A stretch of 64,000 bases of DNA from Prorocentrum cordatum (taxonomy: Eukaryota). The position numbers and the translations under genes are program-made. Positions 24,095-36,947 of this stretch are shown here, piece after piece; within the stretch, counting starts at the first letter, position 1; the number at the start of each line of letters is the position of its first letter. The notes under the pieces were generated by a model. It was not told where the DNA came from. It saw only the letters and a program-made list of their open reading frames with translations, and ran no database searches. The DNA is taken from the NCBI GenBank assembly GCA_963575745.1, contig CAUYUJ010000001.1, forward strand, positions 3,410,001 to 3,474,000, read 5' to 3'.

Positions 24095-27000
24095 TTAAGC
24101 CTTGCTACGAGCCTCCTCTCGAGCACGAACCCGCTCAAGGAGGCGTGGCGTTCGAGCTTCATACGGGATGACGCTGTCCGATGAATACTGCACGACAGAC
24201 GTCGGCGCTCGGACATCCCGCGCACTCGCAACACTGAGACCGACTCGAGGGGCAGGGATGGCTCGGTCGATCAACGCACGAATTTGGGGATTTGGGGCCA
24301 GCCCTGTCCGAAATCGAAACATAAACATTTTCCTGTGCTGGTGGATGGGGCGCAGGGCCTGGCTAACTTGATGGTCTTCTCCTGACTCCACCTCCACACT
24401 TCAGACATAGCAGGGGGCCCCGTCGAGACTCACTCTCGACTTCGGCACGGCACTGCACGGGACGCAGCGCAAGAAAACGAGAACCACTAACGGCGACCAA
24501 CTGACGCCCCATCGCGTCAACCGTGAGAGGCTTCAAATAAGACGGGGTCCCGAGACATCCATTCAAAGGCAGGTTGCAGCATGACGGCGCAACCTTCAAG
24601 CATACCTCACACTGCCATCCCAGCTCACCCAGGCCCCAAGAGTGCCACCCCTCCCCCACGACTACTCTTTTTCCGATGCAATGACGCTCCTCGGCCTCCA
24701 GACTCTCGAACTGCTCCTGGGGCCTATGAGCCTTGACGTGCCGAGCCGAGATGAACTGGTGGCCCTCGAGGCCGCGACCAAACTTGAGGATGCCCGCTGC
24801 CTGGTTTGACGCGCGCAGCTGGGTCGGCATGGGCTGGTGAAACCGTCGGGTGGCGGCCAGGCAATCATTTCCAGCGAGTGTCTCGCGGTCGGCGATCTGG
24901 CGAATCAAACAGAGCGCAACGCTCTCGGCAATGCTCGGAAGTCGGGGGGGTAGCCTGCCACGGGCCCGCGCGTCACACTGCGACGGGCGCATTCGAGTCA
25001 GGTGACGCAACGGCTATGGACCAGGAAGCGCGCTCAAGCTCAACAAAGTCTGGCCGCGCGCAAGATCCGTCAGGGGCTACGTCAAGACGAGGGCCCTGCA
25101 CCAGAGAAGCCACCCCTCTCCACCTCAACGTCCAACTCCTCCCCCTCAGGGCCCTCGAGGACTACTTTATCCGAGCAGGAAGGGAGGGGTTCTTCCTCAT
25201 CATAAAGAAACACTCATTGGACAAAGATGGGATCGTCAAACTCAAGGCCTGCACTCAAGGAAAGCGGGCTGACCTTAGACTCGATGCGCGCAGCCACAAC
25301 TGGACCCAACATGCATTCAAAGAGACAGTGCTTGATCGTCTGCCTCTGCCCACACGCGCAGAAATCATCGCAGAGGTAGCCGGCAGCATGGGCGCGGGCC
25401 TTGGTCCACACACCGCGGCAAGAGAAGCTCCCGACGAGAAACTTCTGCAGACTGGAAAGCCGACGAGGCCGACCGCCGATCGCCGGTCGAACGACGTCGG
25501 GCGAGGCCCTGGAACCTTGCGGAGCTCCCAGCTGCATGGCTAATAACATCTCGTGCTGCCGTTGAATTCCAGCGAACATGAGGACCGGCAGCATGCTCGG
25601 AGGCCTTCGACTAGAATCAATAGTAGCTCCCCTATGGTCCATCCAACTGATCGCAGGGGGGATGCGCCAGCCCGCACGTCGCACAGCAAGAACTGCTCGA
25701 GACAGAGGGCCCCTACTGGACTGCCAATCGGAGACCTCGCATGGCTCGGCTTCGCGCCAGAGCCTCAACAGGCGAGCACGGACAGCGAGCGGATGCTCGC
25801 AGACCTCCGCCTGCCAACGCATTCTGCGCCACTGGATGGCAGGTGCAATGGCTGACGCGCCTGCGCCGTCGCCCGGCAAAACCGTCTTGCTCGAGGGGCT
25901 CACTCCGCCGCGCACGGGAAGCTGTCCACGCGCCGCGTCACGCCTGCGCCGAAGCCTCTCCGAGTTGCTGAGTCCGACAACCTCGCTACCGTAGGTGGCC
26001 TCGGGCATGGCGCCAGCGCGGATGACGCAGCCGATGGACTGCGCCTTGATGCCAGTGGTGACCTTCCCGAAGCGCCTGATCTTCTGCATGCGCCTCACCA
26101 TATGCGCCCTGCGCTTCATGCGCTTGGTGGGGGCCCCTCTGTCGGCGAGCAGACTGCCCTCGCTAACGTCAACTCCGACATGCACAGCGCTGCGACGGGC
26201 GCCTGAGGGGGCCAGACCAAGCGCGGTGACGATGCCCTGCGCGAGGGGGGAACTGGTGCCCACGATCGCGAGCTTGTCATTGACAACTGCGCCGGGCTCC
26301 GAGACCGCGGCCTTGAACTCCCGCATGGCTTCGACCATCATGGATGTAGTCGTCGCCGCAGACGTCGACGACGCCCGAATCGAGTTGTCGCCGATCTAAT
26401 TCACAAACTGAATGCACGGCTGCCTGACGAGGAAGCTATCGCACTCCCTCGCCGACCAGATCTTGACGGAAACGTCGCAATGCACACCGCCTGCAGGAAG
26501 GCCGCACTCAGCGCAGAGAGCCCGCTCCGCGTGGTGACCGGCGAGCCGAAGGACACGAGGTGCACGCCACATGTTGGGCACCAACTTCAGAAAAAGCCGT
26601 CGGTGCCTGGAAACTGATCTACTTGTCCTGCAGTCTTGCCAGCGGGATGCGCTCGTAGTACTTGCTGAAATCGGCTACAGCCAGTGCCCCATGGTAGGAC
26701 TGCTTGTGGTCGGCCTCGCCCTCGGCCGCTTGAAGCCGCGCGCAGTCCACAGAGGGGCGCCCTCCCGCCGCGCCCCAGTGCGGCCTGTCGATCCGCTCCT
26801 GCAGCCCCCGCCGCACTCTGTAGAGGCCAGCGTGGAGCACCGCCGACCGATTCTCCGAGCCAGGCGACTTGGGCAACGTCGGTGTGACCAGCCAGCAGAG
26901 CTGCCGCGGCGGCAGGCCGAGGGCCTCCATCGCGGAGAAAATGAAGGCGACCACCTCGAGCGCCCCGTCATCTAGCAACAGGAAGTGACGGGGGTGCACA

Positions 27001-28726
27001 TTGTCAGGCGCCGCCGTGGTAGTCAAGGAGAACGTCCGAGCAACCGCGCGTTTTTCCTTGGCGGTCGCCCTCTCCGACGCAGTCCCATCAGGGGTCCAAG
27101 CCGGCGCAGGTCGGGAGCTGGACCGCAACTTCTTGCGCGGCTGAACCTCATGCCGAACAACGTCGTGGACGTGTGCCATCGGGCCCTGGGCCGTCGGGAC
27201 CACTGTGGGCTGTGCAAGGTCACGGTGCTTAGTGGTGCGGTGGAGGACACGTGAGCCACTGGAGACCGCCATCGCACACCACTCCTTCCACTTCTGGCGA
27301 TCCTCCTTGGACGCGACACTGGCCGCGAGCTTGATGCCGGGCTCGATGTCGTCATGGGACGTGCGGCAGACCTCCTCGTCGAAATCGTCCTGCGCGAGCG
27401 CTCGCGCCTGCTGGGCGGGGCGCTTCAGGCGCGTGGACAGGCCCTGCCCGTGGGAGACCGCCGTGGTGAAATTGAGGACCTCCTCGGCGCGCGTCGCGAG
27501 GTCCTGCGCGGATGGGCTGACCAGCCTCTTGAGACCCGTGATGCCGAGGAGAGAACTCTGCAACCGCTGCCAGCCCTCAGGCGCAGCCTGAAGGTCGGGG
27601 GCGTCCTTAATCGCGTAGGTGATGTCGACCCATCGAGGCCGTAGAGGGCGCGCAATAGCTCGAACATTGCAATCGTGGTGCCCGACAGCAGCATCGATCT
27701 CCTCGGCAGCTCGCGCGGCGAGATGGCCCCAGGCAGCAGAAAAGGGGGCCACAGCCAACCTCAGGAGGGACTCCTTCATCAGCACATGCCTCGACGGCGG
27801 CTTCAGCGACTCGCCGCGCGCTGTCCTGTGACGGCGGCGGGGGCTGAGGGCCAATGATAACCTGGGTGCTCATCTTTGGCGCCGCCGTGTAGACCAGCCT
27901 CTTGACGTGCTCGGCATCGCCCTTGAGGAGCGCGTGGGCTGGTCGATGGCCGCGCTTAGCCCACTTGACATCAATGGCGGCACTAGCATAATTACATCCT
28001 CATGGCCGCCGAATTGAAAAGGGATTCGTCGATGTTGGACTGACCTGGTCCTCCGCGAAACGTAACTGCAGGTGCACTCGCTTGCGTGCAACCAACATGG
28101 GGAGGAAATTGGCTCGCCTCCAGCTCACCAGGGTGCATGTTCCAGTCGCCGCCAATGATCACGGGGCCGCCCCAAGCCTCGGCAGCCAGGCCCAACTCCC
28201 GCAGTAAACTGCCGTTCCGCCCGCCAGCGCCCTCACCCGTGAACAGGTAGAGATTGAAGACGTGGAGGCTGGTGGGCAGATCAAGCACATCTATCATAAC
28301 GTGCTGAACTCGATTTGGCCAGACCTCGTGCCGCCCGGGGACTGGGGGCCGCGCGCCCAGGCAGTCGCGCACAGCGATGGCAACGCCTGCAGACGGCACC
28401 GAGCCCACCGTGGGCAGGATCGGAAGCGCCAAGAGCCTCCAGCCTCGACCGCCACGCCAGGAGCTCAGGGCTTCGACGTGCTCGCTGATGTGCACGAACT
28501 CCTGCAGAAGCACGGTGCTGTCCGCGGTGCTGCCAAGGCGCTTCTTGACGGACGCCTTGCCACCGCTCGCACTGTAGGGCTCGATGCTGAACTCAGCACC
28601 CAGGGCAGGCCGCGCCCCAAGCGGCGGCGCACGGCCGCGGCCAGGCAGCCCGCAGACGTCGGGCCAGGCGCATGGTGGGCCCTCAGCAGCGCCAGTGCAA
28701 ACTCCTGGTCGGAACGAGCCCAACAC
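24095..28726 (-). pseudogene. LINE A ORF2: AP endonuclease, reverse transcriptase, CCHC knuckle, RNase H and Cys-rich C-terminus; several frameshifts and stops
   Basis: APE motifs VLLQE, SAGVAIAV, NLYL, IIGGDWN, SNID. RT motifs APDNVHP, LPKSPG, ADFSKYYERI, GLPAG; catalytic YxDD decayed to stop-IGD at ~26390; VGVD; TYGSEV. Knuckle CACGQRQTIKHCLFEC. RNase H motifs PDGS, SIAE, NDC, RHVKAH. C-terminal WQCEVC and LCLKCG. Confidence 0.9.
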
Positions 28727-28736
28727 GGCAGCAGGG

Positions 28737-29742
28737 CTAAACCCGCCGCGCGCGCTTGAGCTCCACCTCGGACCACGTGGCGTCGAACGCCTGCATGAAA
28801 TCGTCGATGCTGCCCTCCGTCCGAGCAGTCAGTCGGGCCAACACCCATGGGTACATCACCGTCATCTGCAGCAGCACCATCAGCCCCAGCGCCACAGCCA
28901 CGGGCCGCAGCCTTGCTGGCGACCGCGGCCTTGAGCTTGGTCCAGGCCTCCGGCTTGAGGATGGCAACGAGCTCAGGCTGGTCGGCCACGTCGTCCTCGA
29001 CGGGGTCGATGTCGACAGCGCTGGCGGTGACACCCTTGGCCGTCTCGGCGAAGGCCGCGTCGAGCGCCGCAACTTCCAACCTCTCGGCTTCGACGGTCTG
29101 CTTGCGCAGCTCGATGCCTTTGGATAGCTCAGCCAACTGACTCTCCATTTCGGCCAACTCGTTCTCCAACTTCTCGAGGCCGTTCCGCGCACGCTGCAGG
29201 TCCTGCTGTGTGCGCCGATGGAGGGCCTGGGGAGACAATGGCGCCCGCTTCTTCGCACGCAATGTCTCCAACTGCTTCTCGATCGGACTCCGTAAATCTG
29301 TGTTGCGCTCGTCAGCGGGCGGGAGCTTCTTGAGGGCCTCCTTAAGCTCCGTGATCCGCTCGGCAAGCTTGGCACTCTTCGACTTCTTGTCAGGATCGGC
29401 ACTGTTGCCTGTAGCAGACTCGTGCCACGGCGCCGTGCCTCCAGGCTTGGGCCACACGGCAGCGGGCGGCGCCAGGCGCTTCTCGATGGTCTGCATCCAC
29501 CCGGCAAGCTCCTTCGGCAGACCACTGGGAGCACCCGCCTGCCTCTTGGGAGCCCCCTTCTTGCCGCCGCTGCCACTGCCGTCGCCTGTCTCCATGTGCT
29601 TCTGGCGCGCAGGGGAGACAATGGCGGCAGGCGCATCGCGACCGCAGAGGCATTGGATGCGGCACGCCCAGTTCTCCGCGCGACCGCACTGCCCGCAGCA
29701 CCAGTGGGGCTTGCGCGGGACCGCTGGCGGCTGCGGCACCAT
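28737..29742 (-). pseudogene. LINE A ORF1: N-terminal RanBP2-like Cys4 zinc finger plus coiled coil; probable frameshift near 28830
   Basis: ATG at 29742. WCCGQCGRAENWACRIQCLCG, then heptad-rich LQRARNGLEKLENELAEMESQLAELSKGIE. The likely C-terminus ELKRARRV* lies in an adjacent frame. Confidence 0.82.
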
Positions 29743-29873
29743 GCCTGGGATGAGAGAGACGCGCCAAGGCGGGGCGGGCCACCTCGACGCTCGCCCTGGG
29801 GCTGACCAGGGGAAGGACTGAAGACTGGCCGCGGACTAGCGGTATCCACGTGTTCCCCTGTGGAACAAAGCGT

Positions 29874-29895
29874 CTTGAGCCAAAATGGCTACGCC
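29874..29895 (-). other. Dinoflagellate spliced-leader relic
   Basis: Minus strand GGCGTAGCCATTTTGGCTCAAG: 21/22 match to DCCGTAGCCATTTTGGCTCAAG. Confidence 0.95.
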
Positions 29896-29910
29896 CCCAG
29901 AGGAGGGTAA
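29896..29910 (+). repeat. Target-site duplication of LINE A, right copy
   Basis: cccagaggagggtaa directly abutting the SL 5' end. Confidence 0.9.
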
Positions 29911-32900
29911 GGAGGAGGCCAGCGGGGAGTGGAAGGGGAGATGAAAGGGTAAGGCTGGAACGAGGAGGAAGGACTGGAGGCCATGGATGCAAATGGGGGA
30001 GCAGGAGGCATAGTGTATATGAGGTATGAGCAAAGACGATGTGGAGTTACCTGCACGCACTGCGCAATCGCGGCAGCAGAGGGAGCAGCAGCAGGGGGCG
30101 AGAAGGCCCTCCTCCTTGCTCTGCTTCTTCCTCCCCTTTCTCCACCTTCTCGTCGTCATCGCCATCCTCCTCCTCCTCCTCCTCGTCATCCTTCTCTTCT
30201 CTTGACCCTCCTCCTCCTCCTCCCCAACCGCCCGAAAGCCAATGGAATGTGGTCTCGAGAACGCTTTACCTTCTCAGATCGCCGCCGACAGAGCTCCTCC
30301 CTAGCGGACTGGCCCTGCCGTCGGGTTAGCGCGCGAGCTCGAAGACCGGCCGAACAACGCCATGGTGGCCATTGGCACCAACGGGCGGGTCTCCTCCTCC
30401 TCCTGCTCCTCCTCCTGCTCCTGCTCCTCCTGCTCCTCCTGCTCCTCCTGCTCCTCCTCCTCCTCCTCCTCCTCCTCTCGTCGTCATCATCATGTTCGTC
30501 CTCCTCCTCCTCCTCCTCTTCCTCCTCTCTGTCCTCTCTCTCTCTCTCTCCCATCCCTCCTCTCTGTCATCTCTCTCCTCCCTCCACCGCTTCATTCCCC
30601 TCCTCCCTTCCCACTCTCTCTCTCCTCCTCCTCCTCCTCCTCCTCCTCCTCCTCCTCCTCCTCCTCCTCCTCTCCTCCTCCTCCTCATCGAGCAGAAGGA
30701 CGAGGGGGTGGCAGATGAGGGAGGAGGAGGAGGAGGAGGAGGAGGAGGAGGAGGACCGAATGATCGGGCCCTGGCCAAGTCAGAGACCGACGAGAGAACG
30801 TTCACGCACGGTGAGCCATGCGCACCCGAAGTGGCCAAGCTCTCAACCAAGAGTGCGGCAGGGGCCGAACTCGACCGCGTGCAGCTACGTTCAGGTTTGT
30901 GCGGGTCAGCCAGTGGTCCAATATGTCACAGCCATTCTACACGGCCGATGGAGAGATGAAGCCAGTGCTCTTACCCAGAGCAGGACTTGAGCCACCGCGA
31001 CGGCGTACGAAGGAGGAGGAGGGAGGAGGAGGAGGAGGAGGAGGAGGAGGAGGAGGAGGAGGAGGAGGAGGAGGAGGAGGAGGAGGGAGGGGGCGGCGTG
31101 GCCCTCGAGGTGGGCGGGGCGGCAGCTGGCGCCCGCCTGCAGTCCCGCAGCTTTGATGGAGGACGAGCTCGCGGACCTTCGGGGGGGGTGCGGGGCGCCC
31201 GCGAGGGACGAGGTGGGCGAACGCAGCGGCGCTGTCACATGCTGGGAGCGCTCTTCGCAGCAGGCCTGCGCGGCGCGCGTGCGGCGGCACACGTCGGCGG
31301 AGGTCTGCAGGGCGCACCCACCAGAAGTCGCACGAATCAGCACCACGACGGTATGCCAACTATGGCCCACAGTGTGTGTGTGTGTGTGGGTGTGTGTGTG
31401 TGTGTGTGTGTGTGCGGTGTGTGCCTGTGTGTGTGTGTGTGTGGGCGAGAGTGTGTCTGTCTTCGTGGGGCCAATGGCTGGTTCCTTTCAGTGCGCATGC
31501 ACCTGCATTGCTCCCCCTTGCTTGCACTCCCTCGGGGCGTTCCCGACTCCTGCCGCGTGTGGTTGCTTTCTTCTGATCAACTGCTCACGCGTCGCTTTGG
31601 GGGCCGGGGCCCACACGCAACAGAGAACGTCAGCACGAGACCACATTCGGGCACACTATGTTTTTTGCGAGGCATCAGAAAGACATCCCACGCAGGCTAT
31701 CTGTAAGCGTGCCTGACGAGCGAGATCTTGCTCCAGGGACGATTGTTGCAACACACGGGAGGCATTGGGATTGGGTGGGTACATGAGTGGATCAAGACCA
31801 AATCATGTCCTCCCCTTCGCTCTCCTCCCCTCTCCTCCGCTCTCATCCCCTCCCCGCTCCGCTTCTCCACTTCCCTCGTCTGACTTCCACTAATCATGTC
31901 CCCTCTCCTTCCCACTCGTTTGCTTTCTCCTACCGCTCCGCCCTTGCCAGTCTCCTCCAACACCACCTCCTTATCCATGGACGAGGGAGGGCGTATCCTC
32001 CTCCTCCTCCTCCTCCTGCCTCGTCCTTCTCCTCATGCTCCTTCCCCTCGCATTCCATCCTCCTGCTCCTCCTCCTCCTGCTCCCCCTCCCACACCCCAA
32101 CCACTCTTAGTATCATCGTCACCATCACCCCCATAATCATCCTCCCTCTTGCTCTTGCTGATCCTTCTCACCATCCTTTTCCCGTTCCTCGTCCCGCCTA
32201 TCCGCTTCCATCTCCCCCTACTCTGTACGGCATCATCCTGTTCTTCATCCTGCCGGTCCTCGTTCGCATCCGCCACTTCCTCCTCGCCCCGTGTGCAAAT
32301 CCTTATTTCTTGATTGAATCCCATACTATTATAAGTCAGTTTTGGGATCCACCTCACCTAGGATAGCAACGACGGCTGGCGGCGAGGGTGAACTGGGTAT
32401 GATGTCCGAATCAGATATCACGCCCTCCTTTTCATCCCCCATTTCCCCTTCCCCTGCTCTCCTCCCTCCCCCTCCTCCTTTCACTTCTCCTGTTCCCGCC
32501 TGTGTCCTCCATCTCCATCTCCATGTCCTCTTCCTCCTCCTCGTCCTCGTCCTCGTCGTCGTCGTCCTCCGCCTCCTGCTCCTCCCCCTCCTCCTCCTCC
32601 TCCTCCTCCTCCTCCTCGTCTTCCTCGTCTTCCTCGTCCTCCTCGTCCTCCTCCTCCTCGTCCTCCTCGTCCTCCTCGTCCTCCACGTCCTGCTCGTCGT
32701 CCTCCTCCTCCTCCTCCCTCCTCCTCCTCCTCCTCATCCTTCCTTTCTTCCGTTTTTTCCCTTTCCTCCCTTTCCTCCCTTTCCTCCCTCTGCTCCCTCT
32801 CCCTCCTCCTCCTCCTCCTCCTCCTCCTCCTCCTCCTCCTCCTCCAGCCTCTCCCAAATCATCAACGAGCCCTCGCGAACCTTCGACGAGCGAACCGTCG

Positions 32901-33789
32901 AACGGCGGCGGCGGCCAGGGAGCCTTCCAAGCCCCGTGCCCGCGGACGTGGACGCCATCTCGCCCGCCGGCTGGGGATCCGCTCGGAACCAAAAAAAAGG
33001 GCTCGGCGGGCCAGAACCCCCTGGAAGACAAGCCGTCTCCCCTCTTTTCCCCGCTTCCCTTTCCCTTTTCCCTCCCTCGTATCTTCTCCCTGCCGTTCTC
33101 TTTACTGTGCTCTTCTCGCTCCTCTGTCCAGGATGGCCAGAGGGGAGGTAAAAGACAGCCTCCGGGCTGTCTTGACCAGTCCCGAATCCTTAGACGCGGG
33201 GTGGCCCCAGCAAGCGGTATCCGATCAGCCTCTGGACTCCTTTGTAGCCATATTGGAATTCCAACCTCCATCGTTCCCTTCGGGGGGAGGTCGTTCCCCC
33301 TACCCGTCACTCGGGTTTGGACGAGGGTCCAAGATGGCCCCAGATAGCCCGAGATGGTCTCCAAAAGAGCAGACGGTAGCCGCCCAAGATGGTCCAATGT
33401 TGCTTCCAACATGCTTCCAATGTGGCTCAATACAGCCACAAGACGACTCCGATTGGGCTCGGAGCCTCCAACTGCTACCCCTGGGAGGCTCAAAGAGGTT
33501 AAATAACAATGAGTCGTTCAACGTTTCTTGTTCGCTTCCGATGGGCCTCTGAGGCCTGAAGGTAGCTCCAGGATTGCCCACGACATCCCCCAACAGGGGA
33601 GCCACACGGGCGCCGACCCAGGCCCAGTAGCGCCACGAGAGCGTCCCCCAATAGACGACTTTCGGGCTCCGACGGGCCCTACACCCAAATCAACATTTTT
33701 TTGCACATTAATCTAACTCCTAAACAAACGATGCCCCTTGGTGTCCGCCCTGGGGGGCTACTTCCAAAACTCCCCACGACCATCAATTA

Positions 33790-34460
33790 AAAACGTGGTG
33801 CGGCGCGCTTCGCCATGCGAAACTACTTCCTAAACTCGCACGCTCCTCCATTAGAAATGTGGCGCGGGCCACATCTCGCGCGCGCGACCGAAAAAAAAAA
33901 AAACGAATTCCTTGCGAGCCTCGCGATCCTCCATCAACCATGTGGCGCGGGGCACATCCCACCCGCGCGGCTGAATACTCCCCTGGCCCCGCCTCTGGGG
34001 ACATTAATCCAAGCCTCTCACGACCATCCATTAGAAACCCCGTGCGGCGCACATCACCGCGCGGAACGAAGCCCTTAAACCCGCGCGATGCTCAGTTAGA
34101 ATTGCGGCGCGGGCTACATCCCGCACGCGCGGCCGAAGGGGGCGAACTCCTTGCCCCGTCGCGATCCTCCATCAACCATGTGGCGCGGGGCACATCCCAC
34201 CCGCGCGGCTGAGTACTCCCCTGGCCCCGCCTCTGGGGACATGAATCCCAGCCCCCTCACGATCATCCGTTAAAGACGTGGTGCGGCGCACATCACCGTG
34301 CGGAGCGAGTCCTTAAACTCGCGCGATGCTCAGTTAGAATTGCGGCGCGTGCTACATCCCGCGCGCGCGGCCGAAGGGGGCGAACTCCTTGCCCCTCGCG
34401 GTTCTCAATTGAACATGTAGCGCGGGACACATCCCACCCGCGCAGCTGAGTACTCCACAC
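33790..34460 (+). repeat. Higher-order tandem repeat (~238-245 bp x 3, three related subunits each)
   Basis: atgtggcgcggggcacatcccacccgcgcggctga at ~33940, 34179 and 34415; all subunits share tg.ggcgc...cacatc. Confidence 0.85.
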
Positions 34461-35346
34461 ATCCCGCCGCGCGTTCCTTTGCAATTCCTCCTGCCTGCTG
34501 TTCCTCCCGCGTGCTCCGCGCTGCTCCTTCCTGTTTTTCGCTGATCCACGCGGCCTTCCCCGATGGCTTGCATGCGCCAGAGTGTGTGTCTTGAAATGTA
34601 ATGGGTTTCTAGGATGGGTGGGATGTGGGCACCGCGACAGTGTGTGACACGTCCAGTATGTTGACATTTTCGCGCTCCTGTTGGCCCTAAACCCTCAGAA
34701 CTAAGAGCCTATAGTGATTCAAATCCCCAAATCCCCACCGTGCTTCTTATGCGCCCCCAATGTGCCGCCCCCCATATCGGCGCACCCCTCACGAAGATCC
34801 TTGCCCTCGGCGTGCCAGGAATGGTGTTCTAAGAGCTTTTGCAAATCCCAGGGTGCATCCCTCGCGCAGATCCTTGCCCTCGGAGTGCTCTCGCCAAACA
34901 ACGACCAATCCCGCGCGCCTCGTGGCAAACAGGGGTATGCATCGCCAAAGCGTCGGTAATTTGCTGCGGGGGACACGTGTTTGTCGCTTCGCACCGTGCC
35001 GCAGTGCTAAGGATGCGAACTGGGGATCCGTCTCCTCGGGGCAACGAGCTATCCCGCGCTCGTTGCGCAGCCTCTCCATGCAATCTCACCGCCGCTGGGC
35101 GGCGTCCCTGCGACGCACAGGGACTCGCGTAACGATACATTGTTCTTCAAATCGCGTCGTCGCGCGCGCGTGCCGCATCGCCGTTGCAGCGGCTTCCCAA
35201 CAGACTTTGCGCGACTGTCGTCGTCGTCGTCGTTCTGAGATCAATATCGTCGTCTTCGTCATCGGTATCGTCGTCGTCGTTTTGAGATCAATTGTCTTGG
35301 GTCATGGGTGGGGCATGTCCAACGGGCTTCAAGATTGGGCTCATGG

Positions 35347-35376
35347 ACCCTAAACCCTAAACCCTTAACCCTAACC
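35347..35376 (+). repeat. Short telomere-like tract (CCCTAAA)
   Basis: accctaaaccctaaacccttaaccctaacc. Confidence 0.6.
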
Positions 35377-36310
35377 GGGCTTTTCAGGGGCATCATCGGG
35401 AGGCTTTTGGGCCGAGATGGCTCGAAGATGGCCCAACATGCTTTACTATGGCCTCTGGCATCACCTACGTTGACTCAACATGGCTTTCAGCATGCCTCCA
35501 AGAAGCCCCAAGCGGTTCGGAGCCAGGATCGCACCAAACACGTAAAACTGCTCCACATGATTTTGGCATCCCCAAAAGCGCCCAAGAACGCTCCTCGGAG
35601 GCCCCAAGAGGCGATGTTTCGGGCTCCGACCAGGGTACGTAGGCAAATCGACGCCGCACCTTTATGATCGGTGGCGTCCTGGATCGGCTCAGGTGGGACC
35701 GAAAGCCCTTAGAAAGGTCCCAAGAGAGGAGCGTGAGGGCACCAAGGGAGCCCCACATGTTTTCAATATGGTCGCGGGATGACTCACATCAACTTCCAAT
35801 GTGCCCGCGTATCGAAAGGTCCGCGAAAACGTGTTGGGTTGACTCGTAGGCGCAGGCTGATCCCAAGCTTCGGATTGACGGCTACCCCCCCCTGTCTGTT
35901 CGACTGTTTACTCCTACGCTTCCCTGATCACGGCAACTCAACTCGCCTGGGCATCGTTCCTGGATGGGCTGGTGTGATTGCTCGGAGCGTACATGGTATA
36001 CCTCCTGTCGCCCGCTCAGAAAGGCCTCACCTCGTCTTCTCCCACAACAGAAAAATTGTGGAAGAGGAATCAGGTAGATGATCGGTGGTGGTGAGGAGGA
36101 CGCGGGAGGGAGACGGGGAGAAACAAACGAACGAAGCTGCCAGTCGCCCTGAGGGGGACCCCAGTAGGGCGTCAGGCGCGCCGCGCGGCGCGCGGGTCTC
36201 CAGGAATGGACGAGTGAAGTGCAAGCAAGCAGCTGGGGGTGAGGAGCAGGCTGAAAAGGAGAAACACGTGGATACAGCGAGGTTCACTCACGAGAGGTCG
36301 CAACGTACGT

Positions 36311-36496
36311 TACTCCAGATTTCGTGATAAAAGGGAGGGGGTCTGGACCCTCCAAGACAAGCCATTTCAGACCTCCCCCGTGGGAGAACCCTCCAAAACA
36401 TCGTCCCCAGACCCCCCAGGCCCTCCAAAATAGCCTGGAAGAGACCCCCCCCCCCCGAAATGAGACCCCCCTCCCTTTATTACGAAATCTGGAGTA
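36311..36496 (+). mobile_element. MITE family A copy 4
   Basis: TA-ctccagatttcgtgataaaaggg ... ccctttattacgaaatctggag-TA. Confidence 0.9.
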
Positions 36497-36947
36497 TCCG
36501 AAACGTTCCCAACCCCTTATGGACACAAGGAGGCTGTAACACATGACCGCTCAGTGCAGCAAGGCGTCAACCACACACGTTTTCTGCGTGTCCGATGGGC
36601 CACCTCTGACTCACACACGTGACCCTCGCGCAGCTGAAACGGAAATAAACGACTTCACATGAGCATGCGTCTGCGGGTGCGATGTTCCTGCGGGTCTGAT
36701 CGCCCACGAAATTGGCGACGGTGGCGCATTCGGCAACACTCCAAGGGAACCGCGATGTCTAGTACGCGCCAAGCGCCACTGCGCTGGGCTTCCCAAGAGC
36801 CCGCGGAATTGGCGACAGTTGCGCAGGTGGCAGCCGTGAGATCTAGTCTGGATGGCAGGAGACAGGAGGAAGGATGATTCGGGAGGAAAGAGACGCGCGA
36901 CCAGTGCTCTATTTAATCAATAAAATCGAGATGCAAGCAAGAAGGTT

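Larger units (their letters stand above)
23932..29895 (-). mobile_element. LINE A: full-length, SL-headed non-LTR retrotransposon with RNase H (disrupted)
   Basis: SL at the 5' end, ORF1, APE-RT-CCHC-RNase H ORF2, a short TCATC-type 3' tail, and a perfect 15-bp TSD. Confidence 0.93.

Noticed and set aside
29874..29895. Functional SL RNA gene
   Set aside because: No GT donor or SL intron follows the leader; it runs into the LINE UTR and lies inside a TSD.
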